Assembly: GCA_020137815.1 (NCBI GenBank)
Contig: CM035357.1
Location: 8,060,001-8,124,000 of the forward strand
Reading direction: 5' to 3'
Length of the DNA stretch: 64,000 bases
From: Hormiphora californensis
Lineage: Eukaryota; Animalia; Ctenophora
Below, one piece after another: positions 16,801 through 28,100 of the stretch (within the stretch, counting starts at the first letter, position 1; each line of letters begins with the position of its first letter). The notes beneath the pieces are model-generated. The model was not told the DNA's origin. It did not search any database and saw only the letters and a program-made list of their open reading frames with translations. A program made the position numbers and the translations under genes.

Positions 16801-19800
16801 ACAGTTTCAATGCATGATGAATAATGATTATCATATTACAGAGTGGCTACATGATATTTTCCTGGGGTATGGAGATCCAGCGGACGCTCATTACTCAAAA
16901 ATGAAAAATCGAATCGAGTAAGTAATTGTACAGATAAAATCGATTTCTTTTTCCATCTTCATTATTTCATCCGCACCCTTTAAAAAGTAAATAAGGTTTG
17001 CAAACGTTGTGCTTCACCTAGAAACTGAAAACAAAACAAATATTGTGAAACTTCATACTTTAATATTTTATTGTCTTGGTACTCCCGAGTCCCGGTAACC
17101 TTGCACCCCGGAAATTGTGTTTTATTCTGATTTGAGGTTCGGTCTCCTAACCCAGTAAAGTTTGCTGGACCCAGCTGGGTAGCTCCAAAAATACTCCATA
17201 CTCCATACGGTCATGATCATAAAGTCGGGACATTTTTGAAATTTCAAAGTTTAAAAATATCGACCAAATTTTTTAAAACTAATAATTGTGGTACTTTTAT
17301 TCATCCAAACAACTTAAAAATTTGGGAGCAGATAAAAATATGATCAAAATACAATATTTGATAATAAAAAATACGATTACTCAACCGAAGTGGATCTCAG
17401 GACAACATTTGTAAATATTGAAATACAGAACCACAGTTACCACCATTTTTGTTTTAGTCCAACGAGTATTATAGATAATTGTCATGACTAGCTTATTAGG
17501 GTCGGTTGAGTTGTTAATTACTCAACCTACGTGGATCTGGAGACCCTTGAACTTTGGGAAGCGAAAAAGGGTCTATAGAATTCCCAAAGACAAGTAATTC
17601 AGGGCTCATCTTTTTGGAAATTGTCTAAAGTTTCCATATTTGGCAAAGGTGGAAGAATAGGACGACTCAACCGGTGTGGATCACCGTTTTTAAACCTCAC
17701 TTTTAAAAAATTTCAGCTAAAAATGGAATTTTAATCACCTTATTGGTGGCAATGGCTACTAGACCTTTTTACAACTCAAATAGAAAACTCATTCCATGTG
17801 GATCATTTTTTTCTGAGAAATTTTACTTTTGATCCACAATGGTTGAGTCAAAATCCATTGTTCCAATCCACATTATGTTTTGGTATGTATTTCCCAGCTA
17901 GTACACACTGTTTTGGTGCATAGATTCCCATATGATCCACAAATATTGCCTATAAATTAGACTGCCAAGAAGGGTTCATTATATACTGACTTTGAGCAAC
18001 GGTAACAAAAGTGGTGATCCACAAGAGTTGAGTCATTGCTTGAAAAAAATTTGGATATAGTCTAATGTCGGATCGATTTACGAAACTTTTGAGAACAATC
18101 GGGACCCGAAACTTTGTCATAAACCTCCGGTTGAGTCGCATTTTATGAGAAAATTGGAAAAAATCCACATTGGTTGAGCATATTTTGTACATTTACCCAT
18201 GCCAATCAATTTGTTACTATATATGGTATATACCATCTATCATTCCACAAAGTTTCAAGGACGTACCATCAACCTAACTCGGTTGAGTATGCTGATCCAC
18301 ACGTTTCTGATCCACATACTTTAAAGCCTTATAAAACAAAGCATAATTAAGCTTTAAAATTCTAGTTTTCACAATTTTTATCTAGTGACAATTTTTGGTG
18401 GATCAGATTACTCAGCCAGGTGAAAAAACCAAATTTAAAACTCAAAATCCACATTTTTTAAACATTGTAAAAGTGTCCCGACTTTATGATCATGACCATA
18501 CGTACAGTCATGGAAATAGGAATTTTCACTTTGTTAGTGACTAAGGGTGACTGAGGGTGCCCACTGCCGCCTTTAACCACGGGTTTTCTACCCTGTTGGC
18601 GGAGCCCTATGCATGAGCTCTCTATGATTTTATAAATTCCCAGTTTTTACTTTTTCACAAAAAATCTCTCCTTGCAGGACAATTGATTTCAACGACACAT
18701 TTCTGAATGTTAGTCACGTGCGGGATTCCTTTCCTGGAGGTGTTGACTGTGATGAGGAGGAAGAAAAGCTGATTAAACCCTTTAAAATTCAGTTCACAGG
18801 TAGTAACTCATTACGTGTCACTGTATCTACTGGTTGGGATCTAGTTGTGGTCCGGCTTTGTATTCAGGTAAAATGTATTGAAACTACATCTACTTACCAG
18901 GCTCAGATAAGGTGAAAGCAATCCCGTATACACTTCCCAACCCTGGCCCATATCCGAGCAACAAACCCAAGGAGAACACAGTATACTTCACTGACACACA
19001 GGTTGAAGCCATTAAGGCAGGTTGTAACCCCGGGTTGACCATGGTAGTTGGACCACCAGGAACTGGAAAAACAGATGTTGCCGTACAGATCATCAACAAT
19101 CTCTACCATAACTTTCCCAATCAACGCACCCTCATAGTTACACATAGCAACCAAGCTCTCAATCAGCTCTTCCAGAAGATCATGAATTTGGATATTGATG
19201 AACGGTAAGCTTTTAAAACATTTATTCAGTAGTATTAGGTAGGTTTAATGTTATACTTTCAAATCATATTATACATTACATATATTACAATATATGCCAA
19301 GATTATTATAATTTTCCAAAATGCAGGCATTTGTTGCGTCTTGGTCACGGGGAGGAAGCTCTTGGTACAGAAAAGGATTTCAGTAAGTATGGCAGAGTGA
19401 ACTACATTCTAGCACACCGTCTGGAGCTGCTCGAAGAAGTTGGACGACTACAGAAGAGTCTTGGTGTTATGGGTGATGTCAACTACACGTGCGAGACTGC
19501 CGGCTATTTCAATCTCTATCAGGTAATAGCTTTACACACAATCTTCTACATATAATACCGTAAAACCATATATTTTCGCGGGAATTAATTTTCGCGTTTT
19601 GGCCTAGACTACTGGTGGTCCCTGACGACTTCACCAGCGTACCAGGAGTGAACTACTCCTTCATCAGCGATTCCTGGTACGTTGGTGAAGACTTCAGGGA
19701 CCACCAGAACCCAGTCTAAGCCAAATCGCGAAAATTACTTCCCCGCGAAAATTAATGGTTTTACAGTAATAGCTTTAACGGTGAATTTCTTTGTGGTCAA

Positions 19801-22800
19801 CTAAACTCATCTTTATTTAGGTGAAAAGCAGATGGGAAACATTTGAATCGTCCATAAAGAAACGTTCGATGGTAAAGAAGTGTCCGGCTGATATCAAGGA
19901 GCTCTTCCCATTCGCTGGATACTTTTCCAATGCACCGCAACCCATCTTTACTGGACAGAGTTACGAACAGGACTTGGAATCAGCTGAAGGATGTTATCGG
20001 CATATCCAGAAGATATTTGATCAGCTAGAGGAGTTCAGGTACATATGATGGAGAGAGAAAGAGAACATTATATTGCAGCTGATACTGTTTGCTGGAGAAA
20101 TCTTCTTCCACAGAGCGTTCGAGCTGATGAGAAGTGGGTTGGACAGGGCGAATTACCTCCTGGTAAAAGAAGCGAAGATTATTGCCATGACATGCACTCA
20201 TGCCGCCTTAACCCGCAGAAACCTAGTCAAACTTGGCTTCAGGTCAGTCAAACTGAGGGTTATATATTTACCAAGCCTGAATACTTACAGATCTCTCCTT
20301 CTCTCTTTTGATTCTCCTCTCAAAAGGTTGTTTTGTTTTAGATACGATAATATACTGATGGAAGAAGCAGCCCAGATTTTGGAAATCGAGACTTTCATAC
20401 CTCTCCTATTACAAGAGCCTGAAGATGGTCACAATAGGTTCGTCTTTAATTTTGAATTTTTAGTTATCTGTTATAATTGTACATGATACCCGTTATCAGG
20501 TTGAAAAGGGTAATTCTTATTGGCGACCATCACCAGCTGCCCCCTGTCATAAAGAACATGGCCTTTCAAAAGTATTCCAACATGGAACAGAGCTTGTTCA
20601 CTCGATTTATAAGGTACACTGGGTGGTTGCAGTACGCCAGTTTCTGGTGACTGGTTGTGAGATTTGAGCGGCCAAAAGTTTATCTATTATATGTAATAAT
20701 GCATTAACTTTTATCTGCCCAAATGAGTATGCACGGCGTGCCCCAGGGTAGTTTAAAATTTGTTTCGGTGTCCATCTCCAATTCCGGTTGTAACTGTTGG
20801 GGAAGACCTTCCTGAAGGTCGTGGCGGAGCGGGAATAATCATGTAGACCCGCTCCGGCTTCAGAAAATTGAGAAAAAGATCTTTCTTTAAACTTTGAAAA
20901 TAAGACGTTTTTTATTAAAAGATCCTTGATCAGTAAGATACGGTTGTCCCCCACTTATTTTTTGGAATTGGATATGGACACCGAAACAAATGTTGAACTA
21001 CCCTGGGGCACGCCGTGTAAGATGAAGTGACTTAGAATTGGGGAAACTTAGTTTTTTTTGCATAATCAAATATAATCAAAGCTAGTATAACCTGGAGTGA
21101 TATATCCCTCAGACTTGGCGTCCCTGCAGTTGAGCTAGATAAGCAGGGACGGTCCCGACCGAGTATTGCAGAGCTATACAACTGGAGATACAAGAAACTC
21201 GGCAATCTACCACACGTTACCTCTCAGCCCCATTACCTGACTGCCAACACTGGATTTTCATTTGATTTTCAGGTTAGGAACTGCTTTTGAATTAGTTTGA
21301 TTTTCCCATGTTCTGTTGATGGTGGATGTCCCTCCCTGTACATAATTACATTTTTTAATCAAGGGACAGGGTGCCTCATGTTTGACCGATTGCACAGCTT
21401 TGTATTTGTGCGTGATAATCGAAATCTAGTTCCTGATAGTGATAACCTCAAGACTTGATCCCGGTAGCATTGGAATTTCAATGCAACAAGAATCAATCTT
21501 ATCAACCAATCTTATCAGGAACTGGAGATATAAGCAAAAACGTTTGTCACGTGCAAATACGACGTGCGTGCCCCTGTCCCTTGTTGGCAAACACAATTTT
21601 CAGTTAAGTTTAACAAACTAATAATCCCCTCTAGCTAATTGATGTTGAAGATTTTAACGGTGTCGGTGAGAGTGAGCCGAATGCGTACTTCTATCAGAAT
21701 CTTGCCGAAGCAGAATATGTCGTTGCTACATACATGTACATGCGGCTACTTGGTATGTTTGATTTTCCATATTTCTTAATCTGTCTCTGTGGTGACAATT
21801 ATTACAAATTATATATCATATTATTAACGTAGCATAGTATTCTATAATTTTACCACCGACTACAGGCTACAAATCTGAAGATATAACAATCCTAACAACG
21901 TATAATGGTCAGAAGCATCTGATACGTGATGTTGTGAAACAAAGATGCGGAGAAAACCCAGTTTTTGGGTTTCCTAAATCCATCACTACAGTCGATCGAT
22001 ATCAGGTAAGGATGGGTTAAAAAGTAACTTTAGAAGTCTACTTTGTAGTAGGGTGTTGTGAGTTGTGCTAAATTATTTAGTAAATATACTGTTATTTTAG
22101 GTATAGTGTATACCACTTATTTCACAGGGAAGCCAAAACAACTACATCCTTCTATCACTGGTTCGGACGAAGACAGTTGGGCACTTCAGGGATGTACGCC
22201 GTCTTATTGTGGCTATGTCCAGAGCCCGCCTCGGTCTTTACGTGTTTGCAAGGGTAGGGATATTTGCCAACTGCTACGAGTTAACACCCGCTTTCAAGAA
22301 GTTGCTGCAACATCCCACCGAACTGCATCTTTGTCCCGATGAGATTCTCCCTACTAATAGGTAGGTGACACCTAGTGAGGTTCTCCCTACTAATATGTAG
22401 GTGACACCTAGTGAGGTTCTCCCTACTAATAGGTAGGTGACACCTAGTGAGGTTCTCCCTACTAATAGGTAGGTGACACCTAGTGAGGTTCTCCCTACTA
22501 ATAGGTAGGTGACACCTAGTGAGGTTCTCCCTACTAATAGGTAGGTGACACCTAGTGAGGTTCTCCTACTAATAGGTAGGTGACACCTAGTGAGGTTCTC
22601 CCTACTAATAGGTAGGTGACACCTAGTGAGGTTCTCCCTACTAATAGGTAGGTGACACCTAGTGAGGTTCTCCCTACTAATAGGTAGGTGACACTTAATG
22701 AGGTTCTCCCTACTAATAGGTAGGTGACACCTAGTGAGGTTCTCCCTAATAATAGGTAGGTGACACCTAGTGAGGTTCTCCCTACTAATAGGTAGGTGAC

Positions 22801-24817
22801 ACCTAGTGAGGTTCTCCCTACTAATAGGTAGGTGACACTTAGTGAAGGTTCTCCCTACTAATAGGTAGGTGACACCTAGTGAGGTTCTCCCTACTAATAG
22901 GTAGGTGACACCTAGTGAGGTTCTCCCTACTAATAGGTAGGTGACACCTAGTGAGGTTCTCCCTACTAATAGGTAGGTGACACCTAGTGAGGTTCTCCCT
23001 ACTAATAGGTAGGTGACACCTAGTGAGGTTCTCACTACTAATAGGTAGGTGACACTTAGTAAGGTTCTCCCTACTAATAGGTAGGTGACACCTAGTGAGG
23101 TTCTCACTACTAATAGGTAGGTGACACCTAGTGAGGTTCTCCCTACTAATAGGTAGGTGACACCTAGTGAGGTTCTCCCTACTAATAGGTAGGTGACACC
23201 TAGTGAGGTTCTCCCTACTAATAGGTAGGTGACACCTAGTGAGGTTCTCCCTACTAATAGGTAGGTGACACCTAGTGAGGTTCTCCCTACTAATAGGTAG
23301 GTGACACCTAGTGAGGTTCTCCCTACTAATAGGTAGGTGACACCTAGTGAGGTTCTCCCTACTAATAGGTAGGTGACACTTAGTGAGGTTCTCCCTACTA
23401 ATAGGTAGATGACACCTAGTAAGGTTCTCCCTACTAATAGGTAGGTGACACCTAGTGAGGTTCTCCCTACTTACTACTATATAGATTATAGTATGTAGAT
23501 GCTACCAAAACTAGGGCTGACAATCGAGCACAGATTTAGAAAACTATGGAGAATGTTATTTACAAAGTACAATCTAACTATTGGGGGGGTGCAGCCCAAA
23601 AAAAAACCAACCATACCCTGGATTTTCAAAAGTGTTGATTTTTTTTGGTCGTTTTTGATTTTTTTTGATTTTTTTTGATCTTTTTTGATTTTTTTTGAAA
23701 TTTTTTGATCTTTTTTGATCTTTTTTGATTTTTTTTGATCTTTTTTGATTTTTTTTGAACTTTTTTGATTTTTTTTGATCGTTTTTGAATTTTTTTTTGA
23801 TCGTTTTTGATTTTATTTGATCGTTTTTGATTTTTTTTGAACTTTTTGTTCAACATTAAATAATCAAAAAAAATCAAAAACGATCAAAAAAATTCAAAAA
23901 CGATCAAAAAAATTCAAAAAAATCGAAAACGATCAAAAACGACCAAAAAAAATCAAAAACGACCAAAAAAAATCAAAGAAATTTCAACCAAAAACGACCA
24001 AAAACGACCAAAAAAAACCAACCATACCCTGGGTTTCGGAAAAAGTTTGAATTTTTTTGGGGCTGCACCCCCCCCCCAACTATTATTATTAAGATTCGTC
24101 CCTACTAATTATTATATGGTTGGCATGGTGCTCTGCTAAATTATGTTATAACAAGGGGGGGGGGTTTACAACTGTATGTAATAGCATGGTATTTTGCAGG
24201 AAAGCAGGGGAGTTACCTAATTCAGTGAAGATTATAAAGAACATGCCAGAGATGAGTAAATTCGTGTACGAGTTCTACTACACAGTTGTTAACAGGTAGA
24301 TAAATGTAACACCATTTAGCATTTGTTTAGTCAACTAGATGTATATTTGAACTGTCCCTTAGGTTGGTTAAAGAGCAGCAGAGGTTGGCTCTAATCGCCC
24401 CGAAGAAGCCCGCCGAAGAAGAGAAGTTGGAGAAAATCAAAGTTATTACTACCCAGGAGGTACATATATACATATATGGTATACTAATACTATATCCCCC
24501 TTCCTGACATACTTCATAGACTACCAATTGGAGAGAATTCTAGTTGTGTACGTTTGCTGAAATTTTATGTATTTCAGGCGGTTCCTATTGTTGATCTTCC
24601 ACCCGATGAAATCTCAAGTGAAGAAGAAACTGAGAACCTAGAACCAGCGGCGGCATTTACTACCACTGCTGATGGGGTTATCACTCCTGCTGATGAGGTC
24701 ATCACTCCTGCTGATGAGGTTATGGAGGCCACTCCTGCTAAACTAGATGAGGTTATCACTCCTGACAGTGATGAGGATGGAGATTGTGGGCCATCTCTAG
24801 AGGACATGATGAGCTGA
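9400..24817 (+). CDS. AQR: RNA helicase Aquarius (intron-binding spliceosomal SF1/Upf1-like helicase), 29 exons
   Basis: Exons: 9400-9468, 9639-9802, 10033-10213, 10405-10518, 11463-11923, 13133-13241, 13315-13443, 13804-13920, 14237-14392, 14503-14616, 14763-14836, 15898-16015, 16287-16430, 16506-16650, 16842-16917, 18678-18799, 18901-19204, 19327-19522, 19821-20038, 20114-20242, 20342-20437, 20500-20613, 21113-21272, 21635-21752, 21866-22005, 22128-22360, 24200-24295, 24363-24459, 24578-24817. All are GT-AG and in phase. Diagnostic motifs: [54 protein letters not shown] (motif I), MEEAAQ (motif II), [18 protein letters not shown] (motif VI). Confidence 0.97.
10790..10872. repeat. (CT)n microsatellite inside a repetitive element (~10620-11365) in AQR intron 4
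   Basis: Directly visible. The flanking element carries TTATAACAC/GTGTTATAA inverted motifs at both ends. Confidence 0.85.
12197..12830. mobile_element. Palindromic MITE, Tc1/mariner-like termini, TA-flanked
   Basis: TAC(T)GGGTGTTCATTTTGGATC ... GATCCAAAATGAACACCCTGTA, with ~310-bp near-perfect arms. Partial copies at ~27615-27820, ~33185-33430 and ~34040-36075. Confidence 0.85.
13002..13076 (-). pseudogene. tRNA-like sequence (tRNA pseudogene or SINE head)
   Basis: GGGTTTG/CAAACCC acceptor stem, A-box TAGCTTAGTGG, B-box GGTTCAATTCC, followed by a T-run. The anticodon arm is imperfect and the T-stem has one mismatch. Confidence 0.65.
13928..14200. repeat. 12-bp minisatellite (TGTAACCTGTG-like) filling AQR intron 8
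   Basis: Directly visible, about 22 variant units. Confidence 0.9.
14868..15019. mobile_element. Short TIR MITE (GTCGGATTTTTTGAA family, possibly Kolobok-like)
   Basis: GTTGGATTTTTTGAAGTTGTCACCC ... GGGTGACAACTTCAAAAAATCCGAC. A related copy lies at ~36685-36903. Confidence 0.7.
17206..18500. mobile_element. 1.3-kb non-autonomous TIR element, TA-flanked
   Basis: TIRs GGTCATGATCATAAAGTCGGGACA / TGTCCCGACTTTATGATCATGACC. Many internal GTGGATC and ACTCAACC motifs, oriented oppositely in the two halves. Confidence 0.8.
19556..19768. mobile_element. Palindromic MITE (pogo/Tc1-like), TA-flanked
   Basis: TACCGTAAAACCAT..TTTTCGCG / CGCGAAAA..ATGGTTTTACAGTA, with an internal hairpin. Confidence 0.8.
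20730..21019. mobile_element. TIR MITE
   Basis: CACGGCGTGCCCCAGGGTAGTT ... AACTACCCTGGGGCACGCCGTG, with TIRs of ~50 bp. Confidence 0.8.
22340..23470 (+). repeat. 36-bp tandem array (~31 copies) derived from the AQR exon 26 / intron 26 junction
   Basis: Unit TGAGGTTCTCCCTACTAATAG|GTAGGTGACACCTAG. The first copy is the coding end of exon 26. Confidence 0.95.
23583..24077. mobile_element. Palindromic element with poly-G/poly-C termini and a low-complexity T-rich/A-rich interior
   Basis: GGGGGGGTGCAGCCCAAAAAA ... TTTTTTGGGGCTGCACCCCCCC, flanked by AACTATT on both sides. Confidence 0.8.
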
Positions 24818-25182
24818 GCAGTGAGACACTGATGAGAGACACTTTATATTTTCAAAAAGAGACACGTTTTATGTTGGTTAGAGCGCTGCTCTAGAAACAC
24901 GTTATCATTTAACACTGTTATACCCAACACATAGAAACATATTATTGGTATCTCTTACTTTTTATCTTTTCCTCCAATATATAGAGACTATAAAATTATT
25001 GTCGTAAAACAAAAGGTCTGGGAACTGGAAAAAACACTATGTACAGAACTCCTTGTTGAGTAAGGGGGAAGAACAAAGAACTCCCGTTTACACAAACATT
25101 TCGCGTCATCAAGAGTGTAGGTATAATCCAAATATATGTGACCATAGCTGTCCCCCCGTCATCACAGAACCGGTGGGATGCT

Positions 25183-28100
25183 TTACATGATTATTGCAGG
25201 ATTTGGAACCGATGCACCTGGAAGAGTCGTAGATTAGAACACTAAAACTAGAACCAGTTTTGACGGTGACGCACGTTCAGATAGGGTCGACCACCAGTCA
25301 TACATTTATGACAAAATTGTCATATATTAGGAGTCCTAATAGGACTCACCTATTTCTTTGTGGGGTAAAATTCTTCCTCCATTTACATACAGCTCATCCT
25401 TAATGGCTACATCTTCTCCAAGTACACTCACACCCTCCATGCGGACCTGATACGTTGAAAATTAATAATAATTAGATTGAAAATTAATAATAATTAGATG
25501 ATATGACTTCTTTTTCGCATATATTTCACGTACCCATTTCCCCACTCGACATCTCCATCCTACGATGGAGTTGCTGATCCAGGAGTGAGACCCTACCCTG
25601 CTCCCTTTCATTATTGTTGATCTCTGAATACACACACCTGCAACAAAGTTATTATTAGTAACTGCATGATGATCGGTTAGGTGTTGTGAATCTGTATCAG
25701 TTAAACGTCTTCCAAACGTCTCCCGTGTACACTCGCTATGCGACAGCGCGCACTTTTCATACAACCGGTGTTTCGCGCCTTCCAGTTATGTGAGGGTCAC
25801 ACGTCTCATTGCAGATATATCGATCTAATCGTTGCCGGAGAAACTCCGCCGAATAGAAATGGATGTTCACTAATAAAATATTGTTTTACCATCTTCGATG
25901 ACACATCCAGGTCCTATGACAACGTCGGGGCCAATTTGACAGTCTTTTCCTATAACCGCTGTTTCGTCCACCAATACGTTCCCTATGAGGAACACAATGA
26001 TGTATCCGAGGAATAAGGACTAAGGTGATGCACTGAGTGTATACAATGAAGTGTGTGAAGGAGGAAATGGTGGACAAGTTGTGATAGGCACAGCAAGCGT
26101 GAGATAGAGAACACCGGCAATGTAGCATAGCATATTATTATTTTGATCTATAATTAATATAAGAATGGTAAGAAAATAGTTTTACAAAAGTTAAAACTGC
26201 ATGTATGATAATCCAACTCACCGAGGCAAGACTCATGATTTGACAGCAACTCTGGTTTGTTTTTGGCACAATGGTTGAGATAGAGAGATGCGCCAATAAT
26301 AAAGTCCTTTGGTTGGCCAACATCCATCCAAAAACCTGAAATCATAAAGAAATTGTTGTGTGTGTGTGTGACACGGTTTGACACGGTTTTAAAATAATTC
26401 CGCATGGGTTTCCCGGTGCGTAGGAATGTTGGAGCATCAACCTGTCAACATCCAAGGACAGAGGGTGTCAGGTTGGTGCTCCAGATTCTGGGTATATAAC
26501 ACGGTAATAAATATACAGTCGGATTACAAGGAGTGTAATAGTGATGTAATAGTGGTGTTTATCCTAAGTGGTGTGAGGCAGCTATACCGGTTAATGTCCT
26601 TAATAGCAAATTTTTCACGAGTTGAAATGATGGCGTGAGTAAAGCACGCCACCAGGCCTGCGATCCGCGGGGTGTAGTTATGAAGATTGTGGAAGATGTG
26701 ATTGAGTGAGTGATGTGATAAAAGGAAAATTTCCGGGTCTTTCCTCAAGTTGTCTGGGCTGTCTTCGTAGAGGCTGCAGTGTTCCAAAGCATGTTCCTCA
26801 GTCTCCACTTCATAGATGTTCAAGCTCTCGCACCAGGGGCAGTAGCGGTTGTCTCTGGGGATGTTGGTATACCGGCCGATTTCTATTTTGAGAGGGTGGG
26901 AAGGTGTTGTAAAACGAGAGTTTTGAAGAGTTGGCTGTCGCTGCTACCCAGCTCCCGTTGAAGATGTCCCTCAGGCATGAAAGGATTGTATCTATTCGAA
27001 ACTTCTGGGAAATTAGAGGTTTTACGTCGAGAGTGGAAGGTAAATAAGTGGGGTTGGTCGTGAGGTTAATTTTTGAAGTGAGTGTTTTATGTGCCGATAC
27101 ATGATCCTAGGGAGTTGTACCACGGCAGGTCTCGTGTCCTTTGTTCAAGGTAGGCTTGATGTACGAGGCTAGATATAGTGAGTGAGAAAGGATGCAATGG
27201 AATAGATTAGTCAGGTAAGAAAATGCAGCAGATACCTGGAAGTTCCATAGCGAAGAGCTCCCCTTCTTTGCTCATTTGAGGAAATATCTTTTTTTCTATG
27301 CTCGTAGGTTTAAGCTGGGAAAGAATCGTATTATATTTTCAGTAGGATCGAATGATCACTAATCATCAATGCAGATTGCTCACTTCAATTCTCTCTAGGA
27401 TGGTCGTGTTGAAGAGATAAAGGCCAGCATTTATCCTGTTGGAGACAAATGTAGTTGGTTTCTCAACGAATCTGTCGATCTTACCATCTTCTGTGTACAC
27501 AACTACACCATAACGAGAGGGCTCCTCAACCTTTGTAACCTAAAGATAAACCTTTTAAATTGTGACTTGTTAATTATAAATAGTTAGTATTGTATACCTA
27601 AAAGTTGACAGTCTCTCCAGCCACTTTTTTTTCAGAAATTTTGTTCAAAAAATCCAATCACCATGGAACTTTGGGATTGACATAGAAAACACCTAAAAAC
27701 ATTTTAGCAAAGTCTCAGCACCAGCAAAAAATCCTTTTGGTAGTTTTGATGCCAAAAACATACTTCCCGGGGTGCTTGACCTCCGAAAACCCCAGCAATT
27801 TTGAATGAGGGTGTAGATTATTACTGCCCCTTTTTTTTAGAATGAAGTATTTGCAATTTTGGCGATTTTGAGTTATTTATACCATCTTGATCAGGAGAAA
27901 AAGATCTACAAGATGGGCTAAGTCTCGTGTCTCAATCTTCAAAAAATAGAGTGAAGTGTTTTTTGTGAAGTACTTTTATTTTTGAAAAACTGCAGAAAAG
28001 TGAAGCAAATGGCAATTGCTTCGCTAATATAATTCGGAAATAAATACTGCTTCGTTAAACTTTTCTACCATAGAAGTAATAACCGCAGAAAAATTTGCTT

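Noticed and set aside
21515-21540. Apparent duplicate of AQR exon 23 sequence (AACTGGAGATA.AAG, 'NWRYK')
   Set aside because: It is part of the recurrent TCTTATCAGGAAC.GGAGATAT MITE motif seen many times in the window, so the match is coincidental.
22274-23107. 277-aa minus-strand ORF
   Set aside because: It is a translation of the 36-bp repeat, antisense to AQR.
22340-23470. CRISPR-like array of 36-bp repeats
   Set aside because: The units are contiguous with no unique spacers, there are no cas genes, and the unit derives from a eukaryotic exon-intron junction.
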